The notes: generated by a model from the letters alone, not told the origin. A stretch of DNA of 64,000 nt from Candidatus Nealsonbacteria bacterium DGGOD1a (GCA_022530585.1 CP092821.1:6222-70221); one strand, 5' to 3'. Shown: positions 47,582 through 58,168, counted from the first letter of the stretch. Numbers and translations: made by a program.

Positions 47582-48610
47582 ATGTTTAACCCAAAATATA
47601 ATATTTCGCCCAAGCTTTTGGAGGATATCAAGCGGATTTCCGTTCTTGTGGCGCAACTTAACGGCCGCCATTTTTCGCAAGCGGTGCGGGCAAAGTTTGA
47701 GCAAATTGCCCGGGAAGTGTCGGCGCACGCGTCAACCAGCATTGAAGGCAATCCGTTGCCGTTAACCGAAGTGAAAAGAATTTTGAAATCCCGGCCGGAG
47801 CATATCCGCGACACCGAAAAGGAAGTGCTTAATTATAATGAAGCTCTTGGCTATATCAACGGAATGTTTTTATCGGGCGGCGCGAGATTTGATTTGAATT
47901 TGATTTTAAAGATACAAAAAATCGTTACTAACGGCCTTGCGGTGGATTTTCATTCGGGAAAATTGCGGCAAGGGGCGGTTTTCGTTAATGATCCGATCGC
48001 GCGAAAGATGATATATTTGCCGCCCGACCATCAAGATGTTGCCGGTTTGATGGATGATTTGTTGGCGTTTATCAATGGCAACGCGAAAAAAATCGATCCG
48101 CTGATTTTGGCCGGCATTTTTCATAAAGCATTCGTTATTATTCATCCATTTATCGATGGCAATGGCCGCACCGCGCGGTTGGCGACAAAAATTTTGCTGG
48201 CAAATTTGGGATTGGACACTTTCAATCTTTTCAGTTTCGAAAATTATTACAACGGCAATGTTTCAAGATATTTTCAATTTGTCGGCGAAAAAGGCAATTA
48301 TTACGACATTAAAGACGCGATTGATTACACTTTGTGGCTGGAATATTTTTGCGATGGGATCATCGATGAATTGATAAGAGTGGGCGATGAATTGCAAACT
48401 TCGGCGATTACGCCCGAAAGCATATTGAAGCCGCATCATCAAATTATTTTGAATTACATCAAGCAAAACGGGCACATAACGGATGCGATTTATTCCGGTT
48501 TGACGGCCCGGTCAAAACCGTCGCGCATCAACGATTTCAACAAGCTGATCAAGCTCGGCAGGATCGAGCGCGTCGGCAAAAGCCGGTCCACTATTTACAA
48601 GTTAAATTAG
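47582..48610 (+). CDS. fic: Fic family protein (AMPylase-type) with C-terminal wHTH
   Basis: Fic motif HPFIDGNGRTARL. Confidence 0.85.
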   Translation: MFNPKYNISPKLLEDIKRISVLVAQLNGRHFSQAVRAKFEQIAREVSAHASTSIEGNPLPLTEVKRILKSRPEHIRDTEKEVLNYNEALGYINGMFLSGGARFDLNLILKIQKIVTNGLAVDFHSGKLRQGAVFVNDPIARKMIYLPPDHQDVAGLMDDLLAFINGNAKKIDPLILAGIFHKAFVIIHPFIDGNGRTARLATKILLANLGLDTFNLFSFENYYNGNVSRYFQFVGEKGNYYDIKDAIDYTLWLEYFCDGIIDELIRVGDELQTSAITPESILKPHHQIILNYIKQNGHITDAIYSGLTARSKPSRINDFNKLIKLGRIERVGKSRSTIYKLN

Positions 48611-48736
48611 TCGAAGTATGTTTGGATTCGGAGGCGAAAAGACAATCGCGCTCTTTTTTATAACCAATCCGTATCGCGCGGCAAAGGGTTTTAAATATTG
48701 GGGGAATTTGCTACATTTAGATTGTAGCAAAATCAT

Positions 48737-51700
48737 ATGGAACAAAATTTTAATCGGCGGGAGGAAAGAATCGTTAAATTTTGGCGGGAGTTTAAAATTT
48801 TTGAAAAATCCGTGGCGCGCGCACCCAAGAAACGCCGGGATTTTGTGTTTTACGAAGGGCCGCCCACGGCCAACGCGCGGCCGGGGATACATCATTTGGA
48901 AACGCGCGTATTCAAGGATATGGTCTGCCGCTACAAGACCATGGCGGGGTTTCGGGTTGAGCGCCGCGCCGGATGGGACACGCACGGGTTGCCGGTGGAA
49001 TTGCAGATCGAGAAGAAATTAAATCTTCACAACAAAAAAGAGATTGAACAATACGGCATCAAGGAATTCAACAAACAATGCCGCGATTCGGTTTTTGAGC
49101 AGATCAAGGAATGGCGCGCGCTGACCGAGCGCGTCGGTTATTGGCTGGATATGGATAACGCCTATATCACTTACGATTCCAAATATATGGAGTCGGTGTG
49201 GTTTATTTTGAAAACCGCTTGGGAAAAGAAATTGATGTTCCAGGATTACAAAGTGGTGCCGTATTGCCCGCGTTGCGGCACGGCGCTTTCCAGCCACGAA
49301 GTGGCGCAAGGTTATAAAAAAGTCAAAGAACTTTCCATATTCGTGAAATTCCGGGTGGTCAATCCCGAAATCAAAGACACTTCGCTTTTGGTTTGGACCA
49401 CCACGCCCTGGACATTGCCGGCCAATGTGGCCGCGGCGGTCAATCCCAAAATGGATTATGTGAAAGCCAAGCCGAAGGATGCCGCCGCCGGATTTTTGAT
49501 TTTGGCGAAAAGCCGGTTTGGAGTTTTGGGCGAAAATTATGAAATCGTCGAGGAAATGAAGGGCGATAAATTGGCGGGCTTGCGCTATCAGGCGGTTTAT
49601 CCGGTGCCCGACGAATCGAAAAAAACGATTTACAAAGTGATCGCCGCGAATTTCGTTTCTTTGGAGGACGGTTCGGGAATCGTGCACATCGCGCCGGCGT
49701 TCGGCGCCGAGGATATGGAAGCGATCCGTTCGCAGAACAAAAAATTGCGCGCCGAAAATTTGCCGGAGTTTCCGGTGGTGATGAATGTGGGCGAAGACGG
49801 CGCGTTTACTTTTGACAGCGCCAAGTGGGCGGGGATGTTTGTCAAAGACGCCGATTCGCCGATCATCAAAGATTTGGAAGAACGCGGATTGCTGTTTAAA
49901 TCCGAACTTTACGAGCATGATTATCCGTTTTGCTGGCGCTGTAAAACGCCGTTGTTGTATTACGCCAAAAAGAGCTGGTTTATCGAAATGACCAGGCTGC
50001 GGGACGATTTGATCAAAAACAACCAAACGATTAACTGGGTGCCGGGCTATCTGAAGGACGGGCGTTTCGGAGAATGGCTGCGCGAAGTCAAGGATTGGGC
50101 GATTTCCCGCGACCGTTATTGGGGCACGCCTCTGCCGGCATGGAAGTGCGAATGCGGCCATACTCAAATAATGGGTTCGATTCGCGATCTGCTGGACTGC
50201 CGTTATTCAAACAATCGATATATTATTTTTCGGCACGGCCATTCGGCGCGGCAGGTAAAAAAGATTTCCAGTTCGTGGCCCGAGCCCGAACCGCTGCCGC
50301 TCACCGAACAGGGGAAAAAGAAAGTCGGCGCCAACGCCAAGAAATTGGCCAAGGGGAAAATCGATCTGATCATTTCTTCGGATTTGCTGCGGGCGAAAGA
50401 AACCGCTCAAATAATTTCCCAAGCCACGGGCGCCAAAATCGTTTATGACAAGCGGTTGCGCGAACTCAATGTGGGCGCGTTGAACGGCCAGGACCCGAAA
50501 CTGTTTTGGGATTTCATCAATGCCGAGCCCGATTGTTTGAATGCCAAACCGCGAAGAGGAGAAAGTTTGATCGCGCTGCGCCGCCGGGTTTATGAATTTA
50601 TTTCCGATATCGACAAGAAATATGAAAACAAAACCATTGTTTTCGTGTCGCACGAAATGCCCCTGACAATTTTGGAATGGACGCTGGAAGGGATGGAACT
50701 GGGAACAATTGTCAACGGCCGCCATTCCGGAAAAATTAAAAAAATCGACACCGGCGCTTTTCGGCCGATCGATTATAAAGAATTGCCCTTTAACGATCGG
50801 ATGGAACTTGATTTGCATCGGCCTTATATCGATCAAGTGACGCCGATCTGTCCGGAATGCAACGCCAAAATGCGGCGCACGCCCGAAGTGCTTGACTGCT
50901 GGCTTGATTCGGGTTCAATGCCTTTCGCGCAGATAGGCTGGCCGCGGGGCAAAAATCAATCAAAAAATAAACCGCCAAAATTATTCCCCGCGGATTTTAT
51001 TTCCGAAGCGATTGATCAGACGCGCGGCTGGTTTTACACTTTGCTCTCGGTATCCGCGGTTTTGGGATTCGGCGCGTCCTATAAAAATGTGGTTTCGCTG
51101 GGGCATGTTTTGGATGAAAAGGGCGAAAAGATGTCCAAATCCAAAGGCAATGTGATCGATCCGCGGGAAATGATCGAGAAATATTGCGCCGACGCGGTGC
51201 GCTGGTATTTCTACACGGTTAACGATCCGGGCGATCCAAAACTTTACAACGAAAAAGATTTGGATCAGGCGGTTAAAAAGTTTTTGCTGACATTCTGGAA
51301 TTGCCATATTTTCCTCCAGACTTACGCGCCCGGGATCAAAGCGCCCAAAACCGTCGCCCCGGCGCATGTGCTGGACCGGTGGATTGTTTCACGGCTGAAT
51401 GAAACAATAATGCTTGTCGGCGGCCTTCTTGAGAAATACGATATCGCTCCCGCGGCGCGGGCGCTTGAATCGTTTGCGATCAATGATCTGTCGTTGTGGT
51501 ATGTGAGGCGGTCGCGCCGGCGTTTGCAGCAGCCGGTAAATCCGGCCGAGTTGAAACAGGCGGCCAAGATATTCGCCCATGTGCTGGCGAATTTGGCCAA
51601 AATCACCGCGCCGTTTACGCCATTTTTGAGCGAGGAAATCCATCAGAAATTAAGCGGCAATGATTTTGCCAAACCCAAATCGGTGCATTTGGAAGAATGG

Positions 51701-52225
51701 CCCCAAGTTTCGGAAAAATTAATCGACAAAAACCTTGGCGTACAAATGGCGCGGGTGCGCGAGTTGGTGGCCGCGGCTTTGGCCGAGCGCGCCAAGCGGG
51801 GCGTCAAGGTGCGCCAGCCGCTGGCAAAAATGATCGTTGCCGGAAAACCGCTGGATGAAGAATTGATCGGTTTGCTGGCGGGCGAAGTGAATGTGAAAGC
51901 AATCGAATTCAATCCGGAATCAAAGACGCCGATGGAATTCGACTGGACGATCACCCCCGCGCTGGAAGAGGAGGGCAATGTGCGGGAAACAATGCGCCAG
52001 ATACAGGAATTGCGTAAAACCGCCAAGTTTACGCCCGGCGACAAGATCGTCATTTATGTCCAAGCGGAGGGAGAATTGAAGCTCGCGATCGAGAAAAATC
52101 AATCAATGATGGCCAAGGAAACCAAAGCCGTCGGGATCGAATTCGGAAAGCCGGCCAAGCCGGCCGCGCAAATCGAAGCCAAGGTCGGCGGCCGGCCGCT
52201 ATGGATCGGCATTAAAAAATGTTAA
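48737..52225 (+). CDS. ileS: Isoleucine--tRNA ligase with an inserted histidine-phosphatase domain
   Basis: PPTANARPGIHH (HIGH region), WAISRDRYWGTPLP and KMSKSKGN. A phosphoglycerate-mutase-like insert spans roughly 50195-50803. Confidence 0.9.
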   Translation: MEQNFNRREERIVKFWREFKIFEKSVARAPKKRRDFVFYEGPPTANARPGIHHLETRVFKDMVCRYKTMAGFRVERRAGWDTHGLPVELQIEKKLNLHNKKEIEQYGIKEFNKQCRDSVFEQIKEWRALTERVGYWLDMDNAYITYDSKYMESVWFILKTAWEKKLMFQDYKVVPYCPRCGTALSSHEVAQGYKKVKELSIFVKFRVVNPEIKDTSLLVWTTTPWTLPANVAAAVNPKMDYVKAKPKDAAAGFLILAKSRFGVLGENYEIVEEMKGDKLAGLRYQAVYPVPDESKKTIYKVIAANFVSLEDGSGIVHIAPAFGAEDMEAIRSQNKKLRAENLPEFPVVMNVGEDGAFTFDSAKWAGMFVKDADSPIIKDLEERGLLFKSELYEHDYPFCWRCKTPLLYYAKKSWFIEMTRLRDDLIKNNQTINWVPGYLKDGRFGEWLREVKDWAISRDRYWGTPLPAWKCECGHTQIMGSIRDLLDCRYSNNRYIIFRHGHSARQVKKISSSWPEPEPLPLTEQGKKKVGANAKKLAKGKIDLIISSDLLRAKETAQIISQATGAKIVYDKRLRELNVGALNGQDPKLFWDFINAEPDCLNAKPRRGESLIALRRRVYEFISDIDKKYENKTIVFVSHEMPLTILEWTLEGMELGTIVNGRHSGKIKKIDTGAFRPIDYKELPFNDRMELDLHRPYIDQVTPICPECNAKMRRTPEVLDCWLDSGSMPFAQIGWPRGKNQSKNKPPKLFPADFISEAIDQTRGWFYTLLSVSAVLGFGASYKNVVSLGHVLDEKGEKMSKSKGNVIDPREMIEKYCADAVRWYFYTVNDPGDPKLYNEKDLDQAVKKFLLTFWNCHIFLQTYAPGIKAPKTVAPAHVLDRWIVSRLNETIMLVGGLLEKYDIAPAARALESFAINDLSLWYVRRSRRRLQQPVNPAELKQAAKIFAHVLANLAKITAPFTPFLSEEIHQKLSGNDFAKPKSVHLEEWPQVSEKLIDKNLGVQMARVRELVAAALAERAKRGVKVRQPLAKMIVAGKPLDEELIGLLAGEVNVKAIEFNPESKTPMEFDWTITPALEEEGNVRETMRQIQELRKTAKFTPGDKIVIYVQAEGELKLAIEKNQSMMAKETKAVGIEFGKPAKPAAQIEAKVGGRPLWIGIKKC
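50195..50803 (+). other. Histidine phosphatase (PGAM-like) domain embedded in IleRS
   Basis: IIFRHGHS (RHG catalytic motif), LTEQG, IISSDLLRAKETAQII, RGESL and VFVSHEMPL (second His). Confidence 0.75.
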
Positions 52226-52393
52226 ACTAAAATAAAGAAATCCAAATATCGAATATCGAATATCGAAATTCAAAACAATATCGAAATTTGAATTTTCAAA
52301 TATCAGAAACGAAGTTTCGTTTTTGTTTTGAACATTCTAATTTTGAAAATTAGAATTTGTTTCGGATTTCGTGCTTCGTGCTTCGAATTTTGA

Positions 52394-53413
52394 ATGTTTG
52401 AACTTTTAATTTGGTCGGTTATATTTATTGTCGCGGCGGCCGCCTTGATTAAAGCGGCGGATTGGCTCGCGGCCGGCGCGCAAAGGCTCGCGGCCGGCGG
52501 CAGGGAGCCGGATCTCGCGGCGGCTTCGATTGCTTTGGCGTTGCCCGAATTGGCGCTGGCGCTGGCGGCGGTGACTTTGGGATTGCCCGAATTGGTGGTT
52601 CCGCTGGCGGTTGGCTCGACAATCGCCAATATTTTGCTGGTGGCGGGCGCGAGCGTTATGGCGGCCAAGGGTTTGCCGGTCAAGAAGGAATATATTGATT
52701 TGGACGCGCCGTTGCTGGCCGCGGCCGCGGCGATCTTTTTTACGGTTGCTTGCGACGGCGAAGTGAATCGGTTCGAGGGATTGTTGATGGCGGTGATATT
52801 TTTTGTTTATACGATTTATATTTTTTCCCGGAGCAACCGGACCGGTTTGACCCCGCGCGACATCATTACTCCCGCGGCGATAGCTTCAAGCGGCCAAAAA
52901 TTGGTTGAGGCGGTGGGCGCGCGCTTTGACCGGGGATTTGAAATGATTAAAAACGCGTCCCGGCAAAATTTTTTCAAAGCTCTGTTTTTATCGCTGGCCG
53001 GCGCGGGATTGCTGGTCTTCGCGGCGAATGTCGCGATTAAGTCGCTGATAAGCGTTGCCGCGATCATTCAGATTTTTCCGGCAATGCTGGCGATGACGGT
53101 TTTGGCCGCGGCGACATCCTTGCCCGAACTTTTTTCAAGTTTGGCGACAATCCGGCGCAAGCGCTACGAAATGTCGCTGGGCAATGTTTTTGCCAGCAAT
53201 ACCGTGAATTTGCTTTTGGTGTGCGGTGTCGCGGCGATGTTTTTGCCCTTGCCTTTCGAGGGCGCGGCGTTAACGGTCGGTTTGCCGTTTTTGGCAATTT
53301 CGGTCGGTTTGCTGATAATCTCCTCGTTTTCGCGCAAAATCAACTTTGGCGAAGGCATAATGTTTTTGTTCCTGTATTTCCTGTTTATCGTGAAAATTTT
53401 TAATTTATTTTAA
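52394..53413 (+). CDS. Ca2+/cation antiporter (CaCA family, YrbG-like)
   Basis: Two alpha-repeat motifs: LALPELALA...GSTIANILLV and SLPELFSSL...GNVFASNTVNLLLV. Confidence 0.75.
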   Translation: MFELLIWSVIFIVAAAALIKAADWLAAGAQRLAAGGREPDLAAASIALALPELALALAAVTLGLPELVVPLAVGSTIANILLVAGASVMAAKGLPVKKEYIDLDAPLLAAAAAIFFTVACDGEVNRFEGLLMAVIFFVYTIYIFSRSNRTGLTPRDIITPAAIASSGQKLVEAVGARFDRGFEMIKNASRQNFFKALFLSLAGAGLLVFAANVAIKSLISVAAIIQIFPAMLAMTVLAAATSLPELFSSLATIRRKRYEMSLGNVFASNTVNLLLVCGVAAMFLPLPFEGAALTVGLPFLAISVGLLIISSFSRKINFGEGIMFLFLYFLFIVKIFNLF

Positions 53414-53417
53414 AAAG

Positions 53418-54131
53418 ATGAATGAATCATATTCAAGCAAATTAAATTTCGGTTTAAGCGGCCAGTCAAAATCGGATAAAGTTTTAGGCAAGGGCGCGAT
53501 TGACGAAGCCAATCCCCTTCGGAGCGAAGAGATAAAAGAAAAAGTTCGGCCGGGTTCTTCTTTATCCAACAATTCAATATTCAATCGCCGCGGTTCCATG
53601 GCGGCGGGTGACGCGGCCGCGACGGGCGGAAATGGTTTGGGAATCGGGCGACAGAGCGATCTTGACCGCGTTATATCCCGCGCGCGGGAAAACGCGGCGT
53701 TAAAGGCCGCAAAAATGGAAGCGGCCAAAAAAGCCGAAAAGGCGGAATCTTTAAAAGATAATTTAAAGAAATCGGGTGTTTTTACTGGAGGGGATTTCAA
53801 CTCTACGGGAATAAAAAAAATAGGATCGGCGGTGGGCGAGAATTGGAAGAATGCCCTTCCTAATTCTTCCGTGGGTACAGGAGAAAAAACCAAAAAAACA
53901 TTTGGAAGGATGTTTGGTGTCTCCAGTTCGGATGCGCGGGTGAAAAAAGATTTGTTGATAAAAATGGGTAAAGCGATAGAAGCGGGAAGGCGCGACGATC
54001 CGTCTTTGAAAGGATGGAGCGAAGAAGAAAAAAAATATGTTTTTAACAGTTCTGAAAGAAGGCGCGGCATATTGGGAGGCATTGGCGGCGCGCTGGGAGG
54101 AGAACACGCGAAGAGATGGAAAAATAATTAA
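53418..54131 (+). CDS. Hypothetical Lys/Gly/Ser-rich protein
   Basis: Long ORF in an operon-like position. Low complexity with no recognised motifs. Confidence 0.4.
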   Translation: MNESYSSKLNFGLSGQSKSDKVLGKGAIDEANPLRSEEIKEKVRPGSSLSNNSIFNRRGSMAAGDAAATGGNGLGIGRQSDLDRVISRARENAALKAAKMEAAKKAEKAESLKDNLKKSGVFTGGDFNSTGIKKIGSAVGENWKNALPNSSVGTGEKTKKTFGRMFGVSSSDARVKKDLLIKMGKAIEAGRRDDPSLKGWSEEEKKYVFNSSERRRGILGGIGGALGGEHAKRWKNN

Positions 54132-54139
54132 TTTATGGA

Positions 54140-54787
54140 ATGTTCACGCATTATCGGACGCAGGGAGTGATTATTAAAAAAATCGATCGGGGTGAGGCGG
54201 ATCAGCTTCTGGTTGTTTACACCAAAGATTTTGGCCGGGTCGAGGTGACGGCGCGGGGGATTCGCAAGATCACTTCCAAATTGCGTCCGGCGGTCGAATT
54301 CGCTTCCGTTGCCGAGATTGAATTTATCCAGGGGAAAACTTGCAAAACATTGACTGATGCGTTAATTATGAATTTATTGGCGGATTCGCGGAAAGATTTG
54401 CGAAAATCAGCCGCTTTGCGCCGGATATGCGGTTTTGCGGAAGAAACAATCAAGGATCGGCAAGAAGATTCGCGGATATGGGGATTGTTGCGTTCGGCGC
54501 TGTTTTTCGTTGAATCCGCCGATGCCGGATGCGCCGCGGCGATTTGCCACTATTTCGTTTGGCATTTGTTGGATGTGGCCGGTTGGCGGCCCGATTTTGG
54601 AGGCGAAGCTCGCTTTGACGGGCGGCCGGAGCCAAACGAGCGAAGCATCGGGGTTCAAACCTTGGCGCTGGCGAAATTTTTTTGCGATGCCAATATCGAG
54701 CGCGGCAGTTTGATGCGGCTGACCGACCGGCAAAACGATTTGTTGCTGGCGGCGGCGCGCAACCATTTGGCGGCGGTTACCAAATAA
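54140..54787 (+). CDS. recO: DNA repair protein RecO
   Basis: TQGVIIKKIDRGEADQLLVVYTKDFGRVEVTARGIRKITSKLRP is the OB-fold N-terminus typical of RecO. Confidence 0.8.
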   Translation: MFTHYRTQGVIIKKIDRGEADQLLVVYTKDFGRVEVTARGIRKITSKLRPAVEFASVAEIEFIQGKTCKTLTDALIMNLLADSRKDLRKSAALRRICGFAEETIKDRQEDSRIWGLLRSALFFVESADAGCAAAICHYFVWHLLDVAGWRPDFGGEARFDGRPEPNERSIGVQTLALAKFFCDANIERGSLMRLTDRQNDLLLAAARNHLAAVTK

Positions 54788-54912
54788 AAATAATTAAAAA
54801 TTAAAAAATCAAAGATCAAAATGACAGTGCAAAATGTTAAAATGTCTGTATTTATAATTTTGTAATTTTACATTGTCATTTTTCATTTTGATATTTACAT
54901 TTTAAATTAAAT
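54788..54912. repeat. MITE-like AT-rich element (family B)
   Basis: aaaaatcaaagatcaaaatgacagtgcaaaatg ... cattgtcatttttcattttgatatttacattttaaatt. The ends match 6586-6778. Confidence 0.55.
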
Positions 54913-54915
54913 TCG

Positions 54916-56592
54916 ATGAGTAAATTTTTAAAAATATTAATCGTTTTTACTTTGGTTCTGGCGGCCGTGGGCTATGGTTTTTGGCGCAAAAACATTTACT
55001 CCAAAGAGGAGTTGAAACTGGAAATGATGGGGCCCAAAGAAGCCCAGTTGGGGCAGGAAGTCGAATATGTGGTTAAATACAAAAACAACGGCCAGTTTCG
55101 GCTGGAAAATCCCACGCTGATGTTTGTCGCGCCGGATTTTTCGATAAAAGACAACAAAATATACACCCAGGAAGTGATCGATTCGAACAAACTCGGCGGC
55201 GCGATTTATCCGGGAGAGGAAAGAAGTTTCTCTTTCAAGGTGAGGCTCGTCGGCAAAGCGGGCGATGCCAAAGTGGCCAAAGCCACGCTTTCGTACCAGC
55301 CCAAAAATTTGACCGCGCGCTACGAATCAACCACCACTTCGACCACGGTGATGCAGGAGGTGCCGTTAAATCTGGATATGGATCTTTCGTCAACGGTGGA
55401 GGCCAACAAAGATTTTCATTTCAAAATCAATTATTTTTCAAATGTTGACTGGCTGTTGACCGATTTGCGGGTCAATATCGATTATCCGTCGGGATACGCT
55501 TTCTCGCAATCGACTCCCAAGTCGCTGGACAAGAATGAATGGAGCGTGCCGGTGCTCAACAAGAACCAATCCGGAACCATTGATGTGACCGGCCAGCTTT
55601 CGGGAAATTTGGGCGAAGGCAAAGTTTTCCGGGCGCGGATCGGGATGTGGAAAGACGGCCAGTATGTGCCGTTAAAAGAAATTGAGAGAGGCGCCAAGAT
55701 CGTTAAACCCACGGTCGGTTTGAGGCAAACTATCAACGGCGAGGCCGATTACACGGCCAAGCCCGGCGAATGGCTTCATTACGAAGTTTATTACCGCAAT
55801 ATAAGCGACAGCGAACTTTACAACTTGGTGATGGTGGACAAGCTGGACGGCGATTTGTATGATTTTTCCACCATCAAATCCGATACCGGAAATTTTCAGT
55901 CGGGAGACAATTCCATCGTTTTTGATTGGAAGCAGAACAATCAACTGGCCTATTTGGCGGTTATGGACGAAGGTAAGGTCGAGTTTTGGATAAAATTGAA
56001 AGACGATTTGAGCCATTTGAGCCAGCCGGAACTGGATAACAAAGTGATGATCGGGCCGGCGCGGGAGGATTTTATCACCAAGATCAGTTCCAAATTGGAG
56101 CTGGCGCAGAGAGTTTTTTTCGGCGACGAGATATTCGGGAATTCAGGACCGTTCCCTCCGCAAGTCGGGTTGCCGACGACCTATACGGTTACTTGGCAGG
56201 CGAAAAATTATTATTCCGATGTGAGGAATGTTATTGTCAAAGCGGTTTTGCCTCCGGAAACGCAATTCAACGGCGGCAAAGTGTTCCCGGAGAACCAAGT
56301 GGGCAAGCTTGTTTATAATGAAGGCGCTCGGGAGTTGGCGTGGAATATCGGCGATATGACCGCGGGACAGGGATTGATTTCCAATCCGCTGAATATCTCA
56401 TTTCAGGTTACGGTGACACCGATGAGCTCGCAGGCTTTGGGCAAGGCGGGGATCATCGGCGAAGCGATGATCATCGGCGACGACAGCTGGACCGACACCA
56501 CATTGGAATCGAAAGTTCCGGCGGTGGATACCGCCTCGATTTCCGACCCGGGGATGTCCGAAGACAGAGGGACGGTGCAACCCAAGAACTAA
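54916..56592 (+). CDS. Hypothetical membrane-anchored extracellular protein (beta-rich, DUF11-like)
   Basis: N-terminal TM segment ILIVFTLVLAAVGYGFW and a long beta-strand-like sequence. No firm family assignment. Confidence 0.5.
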   Translation: MSKFLKILIVFTLVLAAVGYGFWRKNIYSKEELKLEMMGPKEAQLGQEVEYVVKYKNNGQFRLENPTLMFVAPDFSIKDNKIYTQEVIDSNKLGGAIYPGEERSFSFKVRLVGKAGDAKVAKATLSYQPKNLTARYESTTTSTTVMQEVPLNLDMDLSSTVEANKDFHFKINYFSNVDWLLTDLRVNIDYPSGYAFSQSTPKSLDKNEWSVPVLNKNQSGTIDVTGQLSGNLGEGKVFRARIGMWKDGQYVPLKEIERGAKIVKPTVGLRQTINGEADYTAKPGEWLHYEVYYRNISDSELYNLVMVDKLDGDLYDFSTIKSDTGNFQSGDNSIVFDWKQNNQLAYLAVMDEGKVEFWIKLKDDLSHLSQPELDNKVMIGPAREDFITKISSKLELAQRVFFGDEIFGNSGPFPPQVGLPTTYTVTWQAKNYYSDVRNVIVKAVLPPETQFNGGKVFPENQVGKLVYNEGARELAWNIGDMTAGQGLISNPLNISFQVTVTPMSSQALGKAGIIGEAMIIGDDSWTDTTLESKVPAVDTASISDPGMSEDRGTVQPKN

Positions 56593-56702
56593 TTTAAAGT
56601 TGAAAAATCAAAGATCAAAATTAAGGAATGGTATATTGTTGAATTTCAAAAAACTCAACTCCGAAATTTTTTATTTTGATATTTAAATTTTTCATTTGGA
56701 TT

Positions 56703-58094
56703 ATGGATTACTTGCAAAATATAATTTCATTGGCCAAGCGGCGCGGATTTGTGTTTCCGTCCTCGGAAATATACGGGGGTTTTGCCGCGGTTTATGACTA
56801 CGGCCATTATGGCACGCTTTTGAAAAACAACATTCGCGACGCGTGGTGGCGGCATATGGTGCAGTTGCGCGACGATGTCGTGGGTTTGGACAGCGCGATT
56901 TTTATGCATCCGACGACATGGCTCGCGTCCGGGCATGTGGACAGTTTCGACGATCCGCAAGTCGATTGCAAAAAATGCAAAGCCCGCTGGCGCGCCGATC
57001 ATATTTTAGAGCAATTCGGCGTGTCGGCCGACAAACAGCCGCTGGAATTTCTCAATGCCGAATTGGACAAACTGCGGAGCGAAAAAAAACTCAAATGCGC
57101 CAATTGCGGGTCGACGGATTTAACCGCGGCAAAAAGATTTTCATTGATGGTCAAGTCGAATCTGGGATCTCCCACCGACGCGTTGAGCGAAGAAAATGTG
57201 GTTTATTTGCGGCCGGAAACCTGCGGCGGCATTTATTTGGAATATAAAAACACTGTTGACACGGCGCGGGTGAAGCTGCCGTTTGGCATCGCGCAAATCG
57301 GCAAGGCGTTCCGCAACGAGATCGTGGCGCGGCAGTTTATTTTCCGCACGCGCGAGTTTGAACAGATGGAGATGCAGTATTTTTTGCATCCGTCGATGAT
57401 GAAAGAAAAATATGACGATTGGAAACAAACTCGTTGGAGCTGGTATTTAAATTATGGGATGGATGAAGGCGATATCCGCTGGTACAAGCACGAAAAATTG
57501 GCGCATTATGCCAGCGAGGCATACGACATTGAATATAATTTTAAAGCGCTGGGCGGATACAAGGAAGTGGAGGGTATCCACGCGCGCGGCGATTGGGATT
57601 TGAGCCAGCATTCCAAATTTTCCGGCGCTGATTTGAGTTATGCCGATCCTCAAAGCGGCGAAAAATTCATTCCCCACATTATGGAAACTTCCGTGGGTTT
57701 GAACCGGCTGTTTTTTATGTTTTTGGACAAAGCCTATACCGAAGAGGAAGTTAACGGAGAAACGCGCGTAGTTCTTAAATTCGACAAACGGCTCGCGCCG
57801 ATTAAAGTTGCCGTGTTTCCGTTGTTGAAGAACAAACCCGAGCTTGTCGCCAAAGCGCGTGAAATTTATGAAGCGTTGCGCGAGGAATTTATGTGCGAGT
57901 TTGACGACTCCGGCAATATCGGCAAACGCTATCGCCGCCAGGACGAGATTGGCACGCCCTATTGTGTAACCGTGGATTTTGATTCGCTTGCCGGCGACGA
58001 TGCCACGGTGCGCGATCGCGACACCATGGCGCAGGCGCGCGTTAAGACGAATTTGCTTGCCGATTATATCAAGCGCGGGTTATATTCGGAATAA
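56703..58094 (+). CDS. glyQS: Glycine--tRNA ligase (class II, dimeric type)
   Basis: IISLAKRRGFVFPSSEIYGG, FRNEI..R, FRTREFEQME and EPSVG-like ETSVGLNRL. Confidence 0.9.
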   Translation: MDYLQNIISLAKRRGFVFPSSEIYGGFAAVYDYGHYGTLLKNNIRDAWWRHMVQLRDDVVGLDSAIFMHPTTWLASGHVDSFDDPQVDCKKCKARWRADHILEQFGVSADKQPLEFLNAELDKLRSEKKLKCANCGSTDLTAAKRFSLMVKSNLGSPTDALSEENVVYLRPETCGGIYLEYKNTVDTARVKLPFGIAQIGKAFRNEIVARQFIFRTREFEQMEMQYFLHPSMMKEKYDDWKQTRWSWYLNYGMDEGDIRWYKHEKLAHYASEAYDIEYNFKALGGYKEVEGIHARGDWDLSQHSKFSGADLSYADPQSGEKFIPHIMETSVGLNRLFFMFLDKAYTEEEVNGETRVVLKFDKRLAPIKVAVFPLLKNKPELVAKAREIYEALREEFMCEFDDSGNIGKRYRRQDEIGTPYCVTVDFDSLAGDDATVRDRDTMAQARVKTNLLADYIKRGLYSE

Positions 58095-58168
58095 AGAAAG
58101 GTTAATTTGTGCCGCGGGAAACCGGATTCGGCGAAGTCGGGTTTTGCGTGACCGCGGGGCGAGGGCGG

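Noticed and set aside
48611-48736. ileS leader hairpin (ttgctaca...tgtagcaa) as a T-box riboswitch.
   Set aside because: The leader is only ~125 nt, and no specifier-loop or T-box consensus (AGAGA, or the UGGN antiterminator bulge) is visible.
49019-50167. 382-aa minus-strand ORF and other antisense ORFs opposite ileS, ftsH (45097-46263 +), infB and metG.
   Set aside because: The opposite strands encode unambiguous housekeeping proteins with catalytic motifs. The antisense translations are low-complexity.
50195-50803. The insertion in IleRS as an intein.
   Set aside because: There is no Cys/Ser at the N-junction, no TxxH block B and no terminal HN plus nucleophile. The motifs instead match a histidine phosphatase.
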